From an uncultured Bdellovibrionales bacterium (GTDB taxonomy: Bacteria > Bdellovibrionota_G > JALEGL01 > JAGRMV01), in assembly GCA_964497185.1 (NCBI GenBank), contig CAZCBX010000006.1:49904-113903 (forward strand): 64,000 nt of DNA, written 5' to 3'. The notes under the pieces were generated by a model, which was not told where the DNA came from, did no database searches, and saw only the letters and a list, made by a program, of their open reading frames with translations. A program made the position numbers and the translations under genes. The number at the start of each line of letters is the position of its first letter. The first letter of the stretch is position 1. This document shows positions 1 through 11,335 of the stretch, one piece after another.

Positions 1-624
1 CCGCAGGGTATTGAAAAACTTAGAACGCTGTCGTCGAGACGGGGTTAAGGCAGTTAACGCTGGGTTATTGCAAACGCGGCGATCCAAAAAGGCTTGCACG
101 TCGTCTACAGGCTCTGCCACAAACCCAAACAGATCTTCTTCCGGATGTTGTAACTGCTGATCTGGAAAAAGCTGTGCATATCGCGCATCGCTAACTTGAA
201 TGGGCACTGGCGACTGCGTCTCTCGGTTGTATTGGGGGACAAACTGCCCTTCAATGCCGGATTGCGGTTCTGGCTCCTGACCCAAAAATTTCTCGATAAA
301 AGAGGCATCCCCCATTCGCTCTTGTTGATCCTCAACTCTTTCTTGCAACTCAGCCAGCTGGCTGGACTGTGTTTGTTTTTGGTCAATGCAAGACACCAGA
401 CGATCGCCCAAAAATTGCTCTGCGCTGGTTAGATTGCTTTTGATGCCCTCATAGGAATGAAGAAAATCGTCATCTTGATACGTCCGCAGCTCTTTAATCC
501 ATGCGCTCTCTTGTTTTTTGGCTTTGGGGCGCTGTTTTTCATAGATTTCTTTGCCAGTGTAGCCCAGCGTTAAACCAATGCCCAAGCACACAAACGCTAA
601 TATGGTGGTCATCATATGCTTCAT
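1..624 (-). CDS. Hypothetical protein with N-terminal membrane anchor, truncated at the window edge
   Basis: Hand-translated open frame from ATG at 624 (MKHMMTTILAFVCLGIGLTLGYTGKEIYEK...) with no stop before position 1. Absent from the ORF track because it has no stop. Confidence 0.7.
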   Translation of the reverse strand, partial: MKHMMTTILAFVCLGIGLTLGYTGKEIYEKQRPKAKKQESAWIKELRTYQDDDFLHSYEGIKSNLTSAEQFLGDRLVSCIDQKQTQSSQLAELQERVEDQQERMGDASFIEKFLGQEPEPQSGIEGQFVPQYNRETQSPVPIQVSDARYAQLFPDQQLQHPEEDLFGFVAEPVDDVQAFLDRRVCNNPALTALTPSRRQRSKFFNTLR

Positions 625-721
625 GGATCACCATCTTATCAGAATCCCTCTGAAAAAGAATAAAAGTTAAGTGTCGACAAATCAATTCGATTTGATATAT
701 ACGGCACCTTGTTTGATATGT

Positions 722-806
722 GCCGACGTGGCGGAACTGGCAGACGCGCTTGGTTTAGGCCCAAGTGGGGTAACCCGTGGGGGTTCGACTCCCTCCGTCG
801 GTACCA
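722..806 (+). tRNA. tRNA-Leu (anticodon TAG)
   Basis: GCCGACG/CGTCGGT acceptor stem, CTTGG-TT-TAG-GC-CCAAG anticodon arm, long variable arm, GGTTCGACTCC T-arm, encoded CCA. Confidence 0.97.
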
Positions 807-1230
807 AACATCCTTTTTTTTGTTCCTGCTTAATTTTTTGATTCCTTGCTCTATGTGGCTCCTGACGAGAGTCGAACTTTGTTCGAGCTTTTGTTGGGTC
901 GCCTGCGGCTCCATGGCTCCGTCGGTACCAAACATCTTTTTTTTGTTCCTGCTTAGTTTTTTGATTCCTTGCTCTATGAGGCTCCTCGCGGGAGTCGAAC
1001 TTTGTTCGAGCTTTTGTTGGGTTTAGCAAATCTTAGGACGTCAGGCCTTAGATTTGCTTATGTCATGATTTGGTTTGAGCTTGCTCAAAGCATAATCTGA
1101 CCTCCTGCGGCTCCATGGCTCCGTCAATACCAAACATTCTTTTTTTTGTTTTTGCTTATGTCATGATTTGGTTTGAGCTTGCTCAAAGCATAATCTGACC
1201 TCCTTCGACTCCATGGCTCCGTCGGTGCCA
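807..1230 (+). repeat. tRNA-Leu-linked tandem repeat, three units (124, 202 and 98 nt), each ending in a copy of the tRNA 3' end
   Basis: ATGG+CTCCGTCGGTACCA-like copies end at 930, 1132 and 1230, each followed by AACAT and a T-tract. Units 1 and 2 are nearly identical apart from an insertion. Confidence 0.9.
1023..1101 (+). mobile_element. Two-hairpin mini-element, 79 nt (TTAG...GAC); partial second copy at 1154-1199
   Basis: Present in repeat unit 2 (GGGT|TTAG...GAC|CTcctgcgg) and absent from unit 1 (GGGT|CGcctgcgg). Same architecture at 7454, 13661 and 13690. Confidence 0.75.
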
Positions 1231-1386
1231 AACATTTTTTTTATTCCAGGGGCTTACCATTTTGGTTACTGGAATAAGTGAATCGAGGTATTTTTTGGGT
1301 TTGTAGGGCCGCAATCGGTCTTTTTGGGCTTGTAAATGGGCGCTAGGGGTGGACGTTTGGTTGGGTTTAGGGTAGAAGGCTTCGCT

Positions 1387-2649
1387 ATGAAAGTACAAGT
1401 AGATCACGTCAGCGACGTTAAGAAGAAAATTGTTGTCACCATTGATGAAGATCAGGTGCAGAGCCAAATGGATGAGGCTTATGTGGATCTTCAAAAAAAT
1501 GCGCAAATTCCTGGTTTTCGCAAAGGCAAAACGCCCAAATCACTTTTAGAGAAGAAGTATGGCCCTTCAGTTGAAGCTGAAGTTTTTCAAAACTTAATGC
1601 GCGCCACCATGAGCGAAGCTTTGGAAGAAAATGACTTAGACGCTATTTCCATTTCGGATGTAAGCCCGCCTGAAAGAAAAAAAGGCGAAGGTTTAACTTA
1701 CTCTGCATCACTAGAAGTTCGCCCCAACTTTGAACCCAAAGATTACAAAGGCATTTCTGTCAAACAGAACAAAGAAGACGTGAAAGACGAAGCCATTCAA
1801 GAAGTATTGGATCGCATTTTGGACAACCATGCCGTGATGAAACCCTTGGATGCAAAAAGCCCCAAAAAAGGCCAATATGCTTCCATTTTGGTTGAACATC
1901 TGGATGACCAAGGCAATGTGACCGAGACGCCCAAAGCTGAAGAACAGCTTCACATGGTTGGACACGAATCAGCCCGCAAAGATGTCGATCAAGCCATTCA
2001 AAAAATGTCTGTGGGCGATACCCAAGATTTAACCTTGGAGAATGTGCCTGGCCAAAAAGACGATCAAAAAACGTTTGTTCGGTTGACTTTAAAAAGCGTG
2101 AAAGAAAAACAATTGCCTGAACTTAACGATGACTTTGCCAAAACAGTGGGTCCTTTTGAAAATCTTGATGCGCTTAAAAAACAAATCAAAGAAGATCTTT
2201 CCTCTGAATTGGAAGATCGCAAAAAAGTAGATCATGCCACGCAAATTTTGGATCATTTGCGCAAAAAAAATAAAGTGGCCCTGCCCGACACCATGTTGGA
2301 GCAAGAAATGCAAAACATGCGACAAGAATTTTTCAACCGTGTGGTACAAAGCGGCCAAAGCCTGCCGGAAGATTTTTCTGCAGACAAGATGAACGAAGAA
2401 ATGAAACCCGAGGCTGAAAGGCGCGTGCATGAGCAGCTTCTGCTAACGGCCATTGCCAAAAAAGAAAACATTGAAGTCACGCCCCAAGAAATTCACGCAA
2501 AATTGCATGAGCTTTCACACATGTACAACAAGCCTGAAGGAGAGCTTCGTGCGGAGCTTGAAAAATCCGGACGAATGGACTTCTTGCATTATCAGCTTCT
2601 ATCGCAGAAAACGCTTGATTTCCTTGTTGGCGAAGCTAACATGAAGTGA
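1387..2649 (+). CDS. tig: Trigger factor
   Basis: Ribosome-binding signature IPGFRKGK; upstream of clpP-clpX. Start taken at MKVQVD (1387). Confidence 0.95.
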   Translation: MKVQVDHVSDVKKKIVVTIDEDQVQSQMDEAYVDLQKNAQIPGFRKGKTPKSLLEKKYGPSVEAEVFQNLMRATMSEALEENDLDAISISDVSPPERKKGEGLTYSASLEVRPNFEPKDYKGISVKQNKEDVKDEAIQEVLDRILDNHAVMKPLDAKSPKKGQYASILVEHLDDQGNVTETPKAEEQLHMVGHESARKDVDQAIQKMSVGDTQDLTLENVPGQKDDQKTFVRLTLKSVKEKQLPELNDDFAKTVGPFENLDALKKQIKEDLSSELEDRKKVDHATQILDHLRKKNKVALPDTMLEQEMQNMRQEFFNRVVQSGQSLPEDFSADKMNEEMKPEAERRVHEQLLLTAIAKKENIEVTPQEIHAKLHELSHMYNKPEGELRAELEKSGRMDFLHYQLLSQKTLDFLVGEANMK

Positions 2650-2695
2650 ATCTGGGCTTGACCCTATTGTCAGCACCATCATTAGAAAGGGTTTT

Positions 2696-3304
2696 ATGTC
2701 TTCATTGATTCCAATGGTCGTAGAACAAACGCATCGTGGCGAACGTTCATACGACATTTATAGCCGACTTTTAAAAGAACGAATTATTTTTTTGAGCACC
2801 CCTGTCAACGATGAAGTAGCCAATCTCATTGTGGCACAATTGTTGTTTTTAGAATCCGACAATCCTGACAAAGACATTCAATTGTACATCAATTCTCCAG
2901 GTGGCTCGGTCTATTCGGGTATGGCCATATACGATACCATTCAGCATATTAAACCTGAAGTCTCTACTTTTTGCATGGGCATGGCGGCGTCCATGGCGGC
3001 GGTGCTTTTGGCCGCAGGCCAAAAAGGCAAAAGATTTGCTCTGCCCCACTCTCGCGTGATGATTCACCAGCCTTTGGGGGGCTTTCAAGGCCAAGCCACA
3101 GACATTGATATTCAGGCCAAAGAAATTTTAAAAATCAGAGACGAACTCAACCAAGTTCTTCAGCGACATACCGGACAAAGTTTGGATAAAATTCAAGAGG
3201 ATACAGACCGCGACTATTATATGACCTCCGCAGAAGCCAAAGAGTATGGTATTATAGATCACGTAGTTGAAAAACGATCTGACATTGCGAGTGTAACTTC
3301 ATGA
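2696..3304 (+). CDS. clpP: ATP-dependent Clp protease proteolytic subunit
   Basis: [26 protein letters not shown] (catalytic Ser), MIHQP. Confidence 0.99.
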   Translation: MSSLIPMVVEQTHRGERSYDIYSRLLKERIIFLSTPVNDEVANLIVAQLLFLESDNPDKDIQLYINSPGGSVYSGMAIYDTIQHIKPEVSTFCMGMAASMAAVLLAAGQKGKRFALPHSRVMIHQPLGGFQGQATDIDIQAKEILKIRDELNQVLQRHTGQSLDKIQEDTDRDYYMTSAEAKEYGIIDHVVEKRSDIASVTS

Positions 3305-4566
3305 CCGAACAAAACAACGACCAAAACCAACTTCATTGTTCATTTTGTGGCAAAGGACAGCGAGAAGTCAAAAAGCTGATTGCTGGCCCCACGGTGTACA
3401 TTTGTGATGAGTGCATTGAACTTTGCAACGACATCATTGAAGAAGAAGGCCAAAACGAAGAAGCTGTAGGAACAGCGCCTTCGGCCATTCCAAAGCCCAA
3501 AGACATCAAAGCCATATTGGACGAATATGTCATTGGCCAAGAAGATGCCAAAAAAGTCCTTTCGGTTGCTGTTTATAATCACTACAAGCGCATTGACAGT
3601 CCTGTGGTTTCCAGCAGCGACATTGAGCTGCAAAAATCCAACATTTTGATGCTGGGCCCCACCGGTAGCGGTAAAACGTTGTTGGCTCAAACCCTTGCCC
3701 GCATTTTAAACGTGCCTTTTACCATCATTGATGCCACCACCTTAACCGAAGCCGGTTATGTGGGGGAAGATGTTGAAAACATCATTGTTACGCTTTTACA
3801 AAATGCAGATTACGATGTTGAACGCGCGCAGCGTGGCATTGCCTACATTGATGAAATCGACAAAATCGCACGCAAAGCCGATAACCCTTCGATTACCCGT
3901 GATGTATCGGGAGAAGGCGTGCAACAAGCACTGCTGAAAGTCATTGAGGGCACGGTTGCCAATGTACCGCCCAAAGGGGGACGCAAACACCCGCAACAAG
4001 AGTTTTTGCAAGTAGACACGAGCAACATGCTGTTTATTTGTGGTGGCGCGTTTGTCGGCTTGGACAAAGTCATTGAAAGACGCATCACGCAAACCAGCAT
4101 TGGTTTTGGTGCTGAGCTAAAATCCAGCAAACCCAAAGGCACGGGCGAACTCTTTCAAGAAGTAAAAAATGAAGATTTAACCAATTATGGTTTGATTCCT
4201 GAATTTATTGGTCGTGTGCCTGTGGTGGCATCGCTCAATGATTTGGACGAAAACGCACTGATTGATATTTTAACTCAGCCCAAAAACGCCTTAATCAAAC
4301 AATATCAAAAACTCTTTGATATGGAGAACGTCAAACTCACATTCACCCCGACGGCCATCTCCGCCATTGCGACCAAAACCATGGACCGCAAAGCCGGCGC
4401 ACGTGGTTTACGCTCTATTTTAGAAGAAATCATGCTGGATATTATGTATGAAATTCCTTCTCAAGAGCACGTGGAAGAGTGCGTCATTTCAGAAGACGTT
4501 GTATTAAAGGGCGATAAGCCTCTGGTTGTGTATCAACAGCCCAAAAAAGAAGCTGAAAGCGCTTAA
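3301..4566 (+). CDS. clpX: Clp protease ATP-binding subunit ClpX
   Basis: CSFCGK...CDEC zinc finger, GPTGSGKT Walker [18 protein letters not shown] loop. Confidence 0.99.
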   Translation: MTEQNNDQNQLHCSFCGKGQREVKKLIAGPTVYICDECIELCNDIIEEEGQNEEAVGTAPSAIPKPKDIKAILDEYVIGQEDAKKVLSVAVYNHYKRIDSPVVSSSDIELQKSNILMLGPTGSGKTLLAQTLARILNVPFTIIDATTLTEAGYVGEDVENIIVTLLQNADYDVERAQRGIAYIDEIDKIARKADNPSITRDVSGEGVQQALLKVIEGTVANVPPKGGRKHPQQEFLQVDTSNMLFICGGAFVGLDKVIERRITQTSIGFGAELKSSKPKGTGELFQEVKNEDLTNYGLIPEFIGRVPVVASLNDLDENALIDILTQPKNALIKQYQKLFDMENVKLTFTPTAISAIATKTMDRKAGARGLRSILEEIMLDIMYEIPSQEHVEECVISEDVVLKGDKPLVVYQQPKKEAESA

Positions 4567-4672
4567 GTCCAAATAAGTCGAAGCAAAGTTTTTTGAGTCT
4601 TGCTTTTTTTTGGTGTGTGCCTACATTGGTAGATATAGGAACTGATATCTGCCAAACAAGGACAAGACCTCA

Positions 4673-7123
4673 ATGACTGAAGACAAAAAACCACTTTCCA
4701 GCAATTTACCAGCCACAGTGACGCGGGTGCCATTACTGCCACTTCGCGATATTATCGTATTTCCACACATGGTGGTGCCATTGTATGTTGGCCGTGAAAA
4801 ATCGGTCAAAGCACTCGAATATGCCATGAAAAATGGCAAAGACCTTTTGCTGTCTGCACAGAAAAAAGCCAAAACCAATGACCCCCAAGAAGAAGATATT
4901 TATACGGTGGGTACATTGGGCAAGATTAAACATCTTTTGCGCTTGCCGGACTCCACCGTAAAAGTTCTGGTGGAAGGGAAAAAGCGAGTTAAAATCAAAC
5001 AATTTATTGAACACCAAGATTTCTTCTTTTGCGAAATCAAAGATTTGGTGGAGCCTGAAACCAAAGACGTAGAGCTTGAGGCAATGGTTCGACAAGTTCA
5101 AAAAAGTTTTGAAGCTTATGTAAAGCTCAATAAAAACATTCCCCCTGAAATGATTATGTCGGTTTCCAACATGGATGAGCCATCGCGTGTGATTGACACC
5201 ATTGCTGCGCACCTCACGTTGAAACTCAAAGACAAACAAGAGGTGCTTGAAATACCGGACGCGCATTCGCGCTTGGAAAAGCTGTATGCTCTGATGCAAT
5301 CTGAAATAGAAATTTTGCAGATTGAAAAACGCATTCGTTCGCGTGTTAAAAAGCAAATGGAGAAAACGCAAAAAGAGTATTATCTCAACGAGCAAATGGC
5401 GGCCATTCAGAAAGAGCTGGGTGAAAAAGAAGACGGTAAATCTGAAATCAATGAGATTGAAGACAATCTTAAAGAGAAAAAACTGCCTGTTGAAGCCAAA
5501 GAGCGCATTGAAAAAGAACTCAAAAAATTAAAAATGATGTCGCCCATGTCGGCGGAAGCCACGGTTGTGCGCAACTACATCGACAACATGATGGAACTGC
5601 CCTGGCTCGAATACAGCGAAGACAAACTCGACATTCCAGAAGCCGAAAAAGTGCTCGAACGTGATCACTATGGATTGGATAAAGCCAAGAAACGAATTTT
5701 GGAATACCTATCGGTTCAAAAACTGGTTAAAGGCATCAAGGGACCCATTCTTTGCTTGGTTGGGCCTCCGGGTGTGGGTAAAACCTCTTTGGCCCGTTCA
5801 ATTGCTGATTCAACGGGGCGTAAATTTGCCAAAATGTCCGTGGGGGGCATGCGGGACGAGGCTGAAATTCGCGGCCACCGACGCACCTACATTGGCGCCA
5901 TGCCTGGTAAAATTATTCAGGCCATTAAAAAAGCGGGCAAGTCCAATCCTGTTTTCTTGATTGATGAAATTGATAAAATGGCGATGGACTTCCGTGGGGA
6001 TCCCTCTGCGGCCATGCTTGAAGTATTGGATCCACAACAAAACCATAGTTTTGGCGATCACTACTTGGATGTAGATTACGACTTGTCCAAAATTATGTTT
6101 GTGGCCACGGCCAATTCCGTCAGCGGCATACCGCGCCCATTGCTGGATCGAATGGAAGTCATTCATCTGTCTGGGTATACCGAAGAGGAAAAACTTCAAA
6201 TTACCAACAAATATCTGATTCCCAATCAGGTCAAAGAAAATGGTTTAACCCCAGACAACATTACGTTCACCGATGCTGGCGTATTGGAAGTCATTCAAAG
6301 ATACACCCGCGAAGCGGGGGTTCGAAATCTTGAAAGAGAAATTTCCTCCATCTGTCGTAAGATTGCCAAAAAAGTAGTCGAGGAAGGAAGTGAGCACCAT
6401 TCAGAAATTACACCTGAACAAGTGCATGATTTGCTCGGCGTACCCAAATTTAAATACGGCATGGCTGAAAAAGAGAGCCAAATAGGCCTAACCAACGGGC
6501 TTGCCTGGACTGAAATGGGTGGAGACTTGTTGCAAATTGAAGTTTCTGTACTACCAGGCAAAGGCAAACTTAAACTTACGGGTAAACTGGGCGATGTGAT
6601 GCAAGAATCGGCACAAGCAGCCATGACCTACATTCGCTCGCGCTCGAAAGCCTTTGGTTTGCGCGATCATTTTTATGAAAAAATTGATTTTCACGTTCAT
6701 GCACCCGAAGGGGCCATTCCAAAAGATGGTCCATCGGCGGGCATCACCATTGCCACTTCGTTGGCCAGTGCCATCATGGGAATTCCCGTGCGCAGAGATG
6801 TTGCCATGACTGGCGAAATCACATTGCGTGGCAAAGTGTTGCCGATTGGCGGACTCAAAGAAAAAGTATTGGCGGCCCATCGTGGCGGCGTGACCGATAT
6901 CATCATTTCGGTGGATAATGAAAAGGACTTAAAAGATATTCCTGAAAACATTCGTGAGGAAATGACCTTTCACACCGTGGAAAACGCCGATGAGGTACTG
7001 AAAATCGCACTGGATTTGCAACCAGGCCAAAGCCTACTGGACAAAGAAGGCGATTTTGCCCTTGAAATCTTTGAAGCCGGTGCGGATGTACCCGGTGTCA
7101 AAGATGAAAAAGCCATGCATTAG
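4673..7123 (+). CDS. lon: Lon protease (endopeptidase La)
   Basis: LPLRD N-domain, GPPGVGKTS Walker A, PKDGPSAG catalytic Ser, IGGLKEK. Confidence 0.99.
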   Translation: MTEDKKPLSSNLPATVTRVPLLPLRDIIVFPHMVVPLYVGREKSVKALEYAMKNGKDLLLSAQKKAKTNDPQEEDIYTVGTLGKIKHLLRLPDSTVKVLVEGKKRVKIKQFIEHQDFFFCEIKDLVEPETKDVELEAMVRQVQKSFEAYVKLNKNIPPEMIMSVSNMDEPSRVIDTIAAHLTLKLKDKQEVLEIPDAHSRLEKLYALMQSEIEILQIEKRIRSRVKKQMEKTQKEYYLNEQMAAIQKELGEKEDGKSEINEIEDNLKEKKLPVEAKERIEKELKKLKMMSPMSAEATVVRNYIDNMMELPWLEYSEDKLDIPEAEKVLERDHYGLDKAKKRILEYLSVQKLVKGIKGPILCLVGPPGVGKTSLARSIADSTGRKFAKMSVGGMRDEAEIRGHRRTYIGAMPGKIIQAIKKAGKSNPVFLIDEIDKMAMDFRGDPSAAMLEVLDPQQNHSFGDHYLDVDYDLSKIMFVATANSVSGIPRPLLDRMEVIHLSGYTEEEKLQITNKYLIPNQVKENGLTPDNITFTDAGVLEVIQRYTREAGVRNLEREISSICRKIAKKVVEEGSEHHSEITPEQVHDLLGVPKFKYGMAEKESQIGLTNGLAWTEMGGDLLQIEVSVLPGKGKLKLTGKLGDVMQESAQAAMTYIRSRSKAFGLRDHFYEKIDFHVHAPEGAIPKDGPSAGITIATSLASAIMGIPVRRDVAMTGEITLRGKVLPIGGLKEKVLAAHRGGVTDIIISVDNEKDLKDIPENIREEMTFHTVENADEVLKIALDLQPGQSLLDKEGDFALEIFEAGADVPGVKDEKAMH

Positions 7124-7190
7124 CCCTTTTGTAAAAAAAGGTTGACCCTACCCAGAGGGTATGAAATAAGACCCTCTATTGTCAAAGGAT

Positions 7191-7266
7191 GGGCGATTAG
7201 CTCAGCTGGCAGAGCGCCACATTTACACTGTGGATGTCGGCGGTTCGATCCCGTCATCGCCCACCA
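7191..7266 (+). tRNA. tRNA-Val (anticodon TAC)
   Basis: GGGCGAT/ATCGCCC acceptor stem, CCACA-TT-TAC-AC-TGTGG anticodon arm, GGTTCGATCC, CCA; 76 nt. Confidence 0.97.
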
Positions 7267-7580
7267 TCTCCTTATTCCTTGCTTGATTTGAAAGTTTCTT
7301 TGTACCCGCAACTACCAGCAGATCGAACCAAGGTTCTCTGTTGATTGGACTCGCCCTTCGGCGAGTATGGCGTCATCGCCCTCCATCTCTTTATTCCTTG
7401 CTTGATTTGAAAGTTTCTTTGTACCCGCAACTACCAGCGGATCGGCTAGGGTTTTAGTGGTTCTTATGACGTAGGAATTAGAACCACTTATGCCACATTT
7501 GGGCTTGAGCTGGCTCAAAGCAAATGTGGCCTCTGTTGATTTTATCAGCCCTTCGGCGGATATGGCGTCCTCGCTCTTCA
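7267..7580 (+). repeat. tRNA-Val-linked tandem repeat, two units (119 and 195 nt)
   Basis: ATGG+CGTCATCGCCCTCCA ends at 7385 and a degenerate ATGG+CGTCCTCGCTCTTCA ends at 7580. The first roughly 50 nt of both units are nearly identical. Confidence 0.9.
7454..7530 (+). mobile_element. Two-hairpin mini-element, 77 nt (TTAG...GGC)
   Basis: Filled site GGTT|TTAG...GGC|CTCTGTTGATT in unit 2 versus empty site GGTT|CTCTGTTGATT in unit 1 (7332-7346). Confidence 0.8.
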
Positions 7581-7704
7581 TTTTGAGGGGGTTTTACCTA
7601 ATTTTTTAGAATCCATTGAGTGCGTATGGTAAAATAGTAGAGATATTCAGTATTTATCCTAAATATTTGAAAATCGTTGGTTGTATTTACTCATGGGTTG
7701 TTGC

Positions 7705-10458
7705 ATGTTGTATCGAGGTTGTATTTTTGTTGTGTGGCTTTGCTGTTGCTTTTTATGGCAGTGCAATGCAGGCACCCCTACGTCTAAACTTGTTTTTAAG
7801 CCTTCTCCACAAAACCCAGCCAGCACTTTTACTCTCATTCAACCTTCATCTACCCATGCCAAAGATGAACGCATCCTTCTTCGCATTGAAAATTTGTCTC
7901 CCGAGAACAAAGCCACTTTGCATGATGATCCTGCTTGTCAAAACGCACTGCCTCATTTAGCCGATGCGTCGTCTCGTGCCCATGCTGTCGATTTTTCCAT
8001 CGACTTAGAGCAAGACGGTGTTTACACCTACTATGCGCAAGTTGGTTCACCTGAAAGTAATCATCCGCTTTGTTTGGGACCGGTAAGCTATCGTTTGGAC
8101 CGCATTGCGCCCGTCATCACCGATGTCTCGGATGGGTCTGGGTCTTACATTGCGTTATCTACCAGCGAGTCCGATAATCCAGTGTATGTGTATGATGATG
8201 ACGCCTGCACAAATGAAGTGGGCGAGCTATTACCCGATGGCAATGGCAACGACATTGTGTTTGCACCAGGCCTGACGGAAAATGGCGTGTTTTTATATTG
8301 GGTGCAAACGCAGGACAATGCCGGCAACTTATCCGATTGTGTGGGTCCGCTTTTTTATATGTATTTGGGTGCTTCGCCCAACTCCATGATTTCGATGCCC
8401 AATCAATTGGCCATCAACACGGGCACCCTCGAATACAATGTTGATTTTGGTGATGTATTTTCGGCTTCAATGGCTGCCAGCGATGTCACCGTGCAAACCA
8501 CCGGTGACGTGCAATACAGTGTGCAAGTGTTAAACGGCACAACCAAAACACCCACCATTGTGTTAACGGTCACTGGCGGCAATGGCACCATCAACAGCGT
8601 GAGCATTCCAGAGGGCTTGGGTGACAACCTTGTGGCAGGCACACCGGCCGCCACTCAAAATACCGTGGTTCGTGTGGACAACATTGCACCCAACGTCACT
8701 TTGTCTTTGTCACCATCCACACCTTCCCCGGGTGATTTTAATCCCATTTTGTTTGATATAACGGCAACCACGCCCACTGATTTGGCCTCGGTCGCCCTGT
8801 TTAAAAATGACCCCACTTGTTCGAGTCCTGCAGCCAATACTGGTGGCCACCCTGCACAAACGTCACTGAGTCTTGCATCCGACACCATTGAAACCGGTAC
8901 AGGCACTTATCTATACTATCTGCAAGCCATCGATGCGGCAGGCAATGCATCCGGATGCGTCGGCCCGGTCAGCTATCAGCTCAGTGCGCCAGATCCGGTG
9001 AGCAATCTCAACATTTCTGCCAAAGGTTGTGATTACTTATCCATTGGTTGGACCAAGCCCAACGAAAACGGCACCACCATTGTCAATTATCAAACCCGTT
9101 ACAAACCTTCGGCGCTCCTGGATGAAAGCAATTTTGTTTTATTTGACCCAGGCATCTCTACACAAACCTTTGAAACCATTGGACCCGCTGCGCCCCACAC
9201 GCTAACCGTTGATACCGTCTACGATTTTCAAATGCGAACCGTCACCAGCAACGGGGCCATATCGCCTTGGTCCAATACCTATACAGGCGCAACCTTGCCC
9301 AACACCCTATTTTTCTGTGGGAATGACAATTACGGCGCATTTAACACAGGGGGTGCCACCACCAGCAAAATGGTTGCATTTGATGACGGAACCACCGTAG
9401 AGCATTACAATCAAAGCAATTTATTGATTAATACCTACACGCTTGACGCGGGTGAAACACAAGGCATCAACAGCACGCAGTTCGATTATGTTTTATCGGA
9501 CAAACCATTGTACATTGCGGGTCGAAGAGGCAGTGGGGGCAATACACGCAAAGCAAACGTGGTTTGGAGTTCCAAAGACTGGGCGGGCAAACAGTTTTTA
9601 TTCAATGGATCGCGCGCGCCCAATCACATTTTAAGCGTTTACGCATTTGAAGATGCCACCATTGATGTCATCAATGCCAGTGGGGTTGTGGTTACGCAGA
9701 CCATCAATGCTGGCCAAAGCACCACGTTTAGTGTGGGCAATGGCAGTTATGAGGTCGACAGTACAGGCACGTTGGTTGCCTATCTGTTTTCGAGCAGTGG
9801 CAATCCCATGGGCAACAACCTGCAAGACCCAATGCCTTTACTGCCACTGTCCACCGATATCATTGGTTACACCGGCAGCATCAGCGGTGCCCAAATTTCT
9901 TCTTTAAGCAATGGCAATGTCGTCAACGCAAGGCATTCCAACGATGTGCTTGATACCCGAACTGTCAACATCGGCAACCCCCAATCCATTTCAGCCCGAG
10001 GTAACGGCAACGTGACACTTTACCAATCAGAGGCTGTGCATGTGACCTCTTCAGCCCCCATCGTTGCCCGTAGTAATGCGGACAGCAATGGCAACTGTTC
10101 GGCGCCTTTTCTTCCAGTTACCATGATGCGCAAGCGATACGCCATCAATGTCTATGCTGAGTGGGTGGCCTTTGCCGCATTGGAAAGTGGCGATATTGAA
10201 GTGGTGGATCCACAAACAGGTTCCGTGGTGGCCACCATCACCCTGGTCCAAAATGATCCAACTCCACCTACAGCCTCCACCACCCCTTGGAAAGCACGAA
10301 TCGATCGCTCCACGCTGTTAAACTTGGTCAGTAGCAACTCAACGACTGAAGGGGTTATCTTTCGATCGACCATTGCCTTTGCGGCTTGGTATGAACCTCA
10401 AAATGACAACTTCGCAGCTGACGACGATGAAACATTGCTTTATGGTACCAATGATTAA
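7705..10458 (+). CDS. Large secreted/surface protein with repeated Ig-like modules, a fibronectin type III domain and a beta-rich C-terminal region
   Basis: Hydrophobic Cys-ending N-terminus; three modules ending G.Y.Y..Q..D.AGN...C.GP..Y; FN3-like PDPVSNL...IGWTKP..NGTTIVNYQTRY. Start chosen at ATG 7705 (the ORF track starts at TTG 7681). Confidence 0.75.
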   Translation: MLYRGCIFVVWLCCCFLWQCNAGTPTSKLVFKPSPQNPASTFTLIQPSSTHAKDERILLRIENLSPENKATLHDDPACQNALPHLADASSRAHAVDFSIDLEQDGVYTYYAQVGSPESNHPLCLGPVSYRLDRIAPVITDVSDGSGSYIALSTSESDNPVYVYDDDACTNEVGELLPDGNGNDIVFAPGLTENGVFLYWVQTQDNAGNLSDCVGPLFYMYLGASPNSMISMPNQLAINTGTLEYNVDFGDVFSASMAASDVTVQTTGDVQYSVQVLNGTTKTPTIVLTVTGGNGTINSVSIPEGLGDNLVAGTPAATQNTVVRVDNIAPNVTLSLSPSTPSPGDFNPILFDITATTPTDLASVALFKNDPTCSSPAANTGGHPAQTSLSLASDTIETGTGTYLYYLQAIDAAGNASGCVGPVSYQLSAPDPVSNLNISAKGCDYLSIGWTKPNENGTTIVNYQTRYKPSALLDESNFVLFDPGISTQTFETIGPAAPHTLTVDTVYDFQMRTVTSNGAISPWSNTYTGATLPNTLFFCGNDNYGAFNTGGATTSKMVAFDDGTTVEHYNQSNLLINTYTLDAGETQGINSTQFDYVLSDKPLYIAGRRGSGGNTRKANVVWSSKDWAGKQFLFNGSRAPNHILSVYAFEDATIDVINASGVVVTQTINAGQSTTFSVGNGSYEVDSTGTLVAYLFSSSGNPMGNNLQDPMPLLPLSTDIIGYTGSISGAQISSLSNGNVVNARHSNDVLDTRTVNIGNPQSISARGNGNVTLYQSEAVHVTSSAPIVARSNADSNGNCSAPFLPVTMMRKRYAINVYAEWVAFAALESGDIEVVDPQTGSVVATITLVQNDPTPPTASTTPWKARIDRSTLLNLVSSNSTTEGVIFRSTIAFAAWYEPQNDNFAADDDETLLYGTND

Positions 10459-11327
10459 TGATTTTGTTTAAACTGCTGAATGCTTTCTGCCACTTGCGCG
10501 CCAAATAAAACAACAATGGAATTGTAGTACATCCACAATAATAAAATGACTAGATTTCCTGCCGTTCCATACAGCGATGCCCATTTGCTCTGCGTTAGAT
10601 AGCTTAACAAAACATTCTTACCCACGGAAAAAAGAAACGAAGAAACCAATGCGCCTATGATCAGATTTCTTTTTTTCATCTCACGCGCACCCAATAACTT
10701 ATAAAGTACAAAGAAAAGTCCAGCATTGATGCCGTAAGACAGCAGGAAGCTAATCATTTGATTCATCCATTCTGCTGCCAGCAGTGCTTCGGCTTGTTCT
10801 TCAATCATAAAGTGAAAAATCAAATCAATTAAAATGGCCACCAATACGATAAACCCAATCACAAACACCATAATAAAAGACACCAGCACATCCCATATCT
10901 TTTGCCTCTTTTGAAGATTGTCTTCCATAAAGGTAAAAATATCGCGAAAAGCCGTTTGCAAGGCTGAAAAAATGGCGTTGGAAGCCCATAAAAGCAACAA
11001 AATACCTGTAATGCTCGCCACCAGTCCTGATTCTGAGCGGCGCGCACTGGATGCGGATTCTTTCAGTACTTTCACCAGGTCTTCATTGAGGTATTGCCCA
11101 ATAAAATTAAACAGGGAATCACTGGCCAGGTGCATATCCACCACCAAGCTGGCAATGAAAATAGAAATGAGCAATACGGGCGGCACCGAAAAAATCGTAT
11201 AAAATGAAACAGCTGCTGCATGATGAACAATACGGTTATCAAAAATACCTTTGCCCATGTCCATCAACAAATTTTTGGTTGCTTTGAGCATGCTACACCA
11301 GCTTATATCAGTCTTTACGATATGCAA
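10455..11327 (-). CDS. YihY/virulence factor BrkB family membrane protein
   Basis: AAAVSFYTIFS.PP and SLYGTAGNLVILLLWMYYNS.VVLFGA motifs; multiple TM segments. True start may be 11291. Confidence 0.9.
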   Translation of the reverse strand: MHIVKTDISWCSMLKATKNLLMDMGKGIFDNRIVHHAAAVSFYTIFSVPPVLLISIFIASLVVDMHLASDSLFNFIGQYLNEDLVKVLKESASSARRSESGLVASITGILLLLWASNAIFSALQTAFRDIFTFMEDNLQKRQKIWDVLVSFIMVFVIGFIVLVAILIDLIFHFMIEEQAEALLAAEWMNQMISFLLSYGINAGLFFVLYKLLGAREMKKRNLIIGALVSSFLFSVGKNVLLSYLTQSKWASLYGTAGNLVILLLWMYYNSIVVLFGAQVAESIQQFKQNH

Positions 11328-11335
11328 AATCGTAC

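Noticed and set aside
639-1029. Short ORFs 639-935, 682-1029, 709-1026 (also 7120-7581 and 13301-13744)
   Set aside because: They overlap tRNA genes and their repeats; the repeated peptides simply mirror the DNA repeats.
793-1230. Possible CRISPR array (repeats with intervening sequence)
   Set aside because: The repeated part is the tRNA 3' end, the intervening sequences are homologous to each other and of uneven length, and there are no cas genes in the window.
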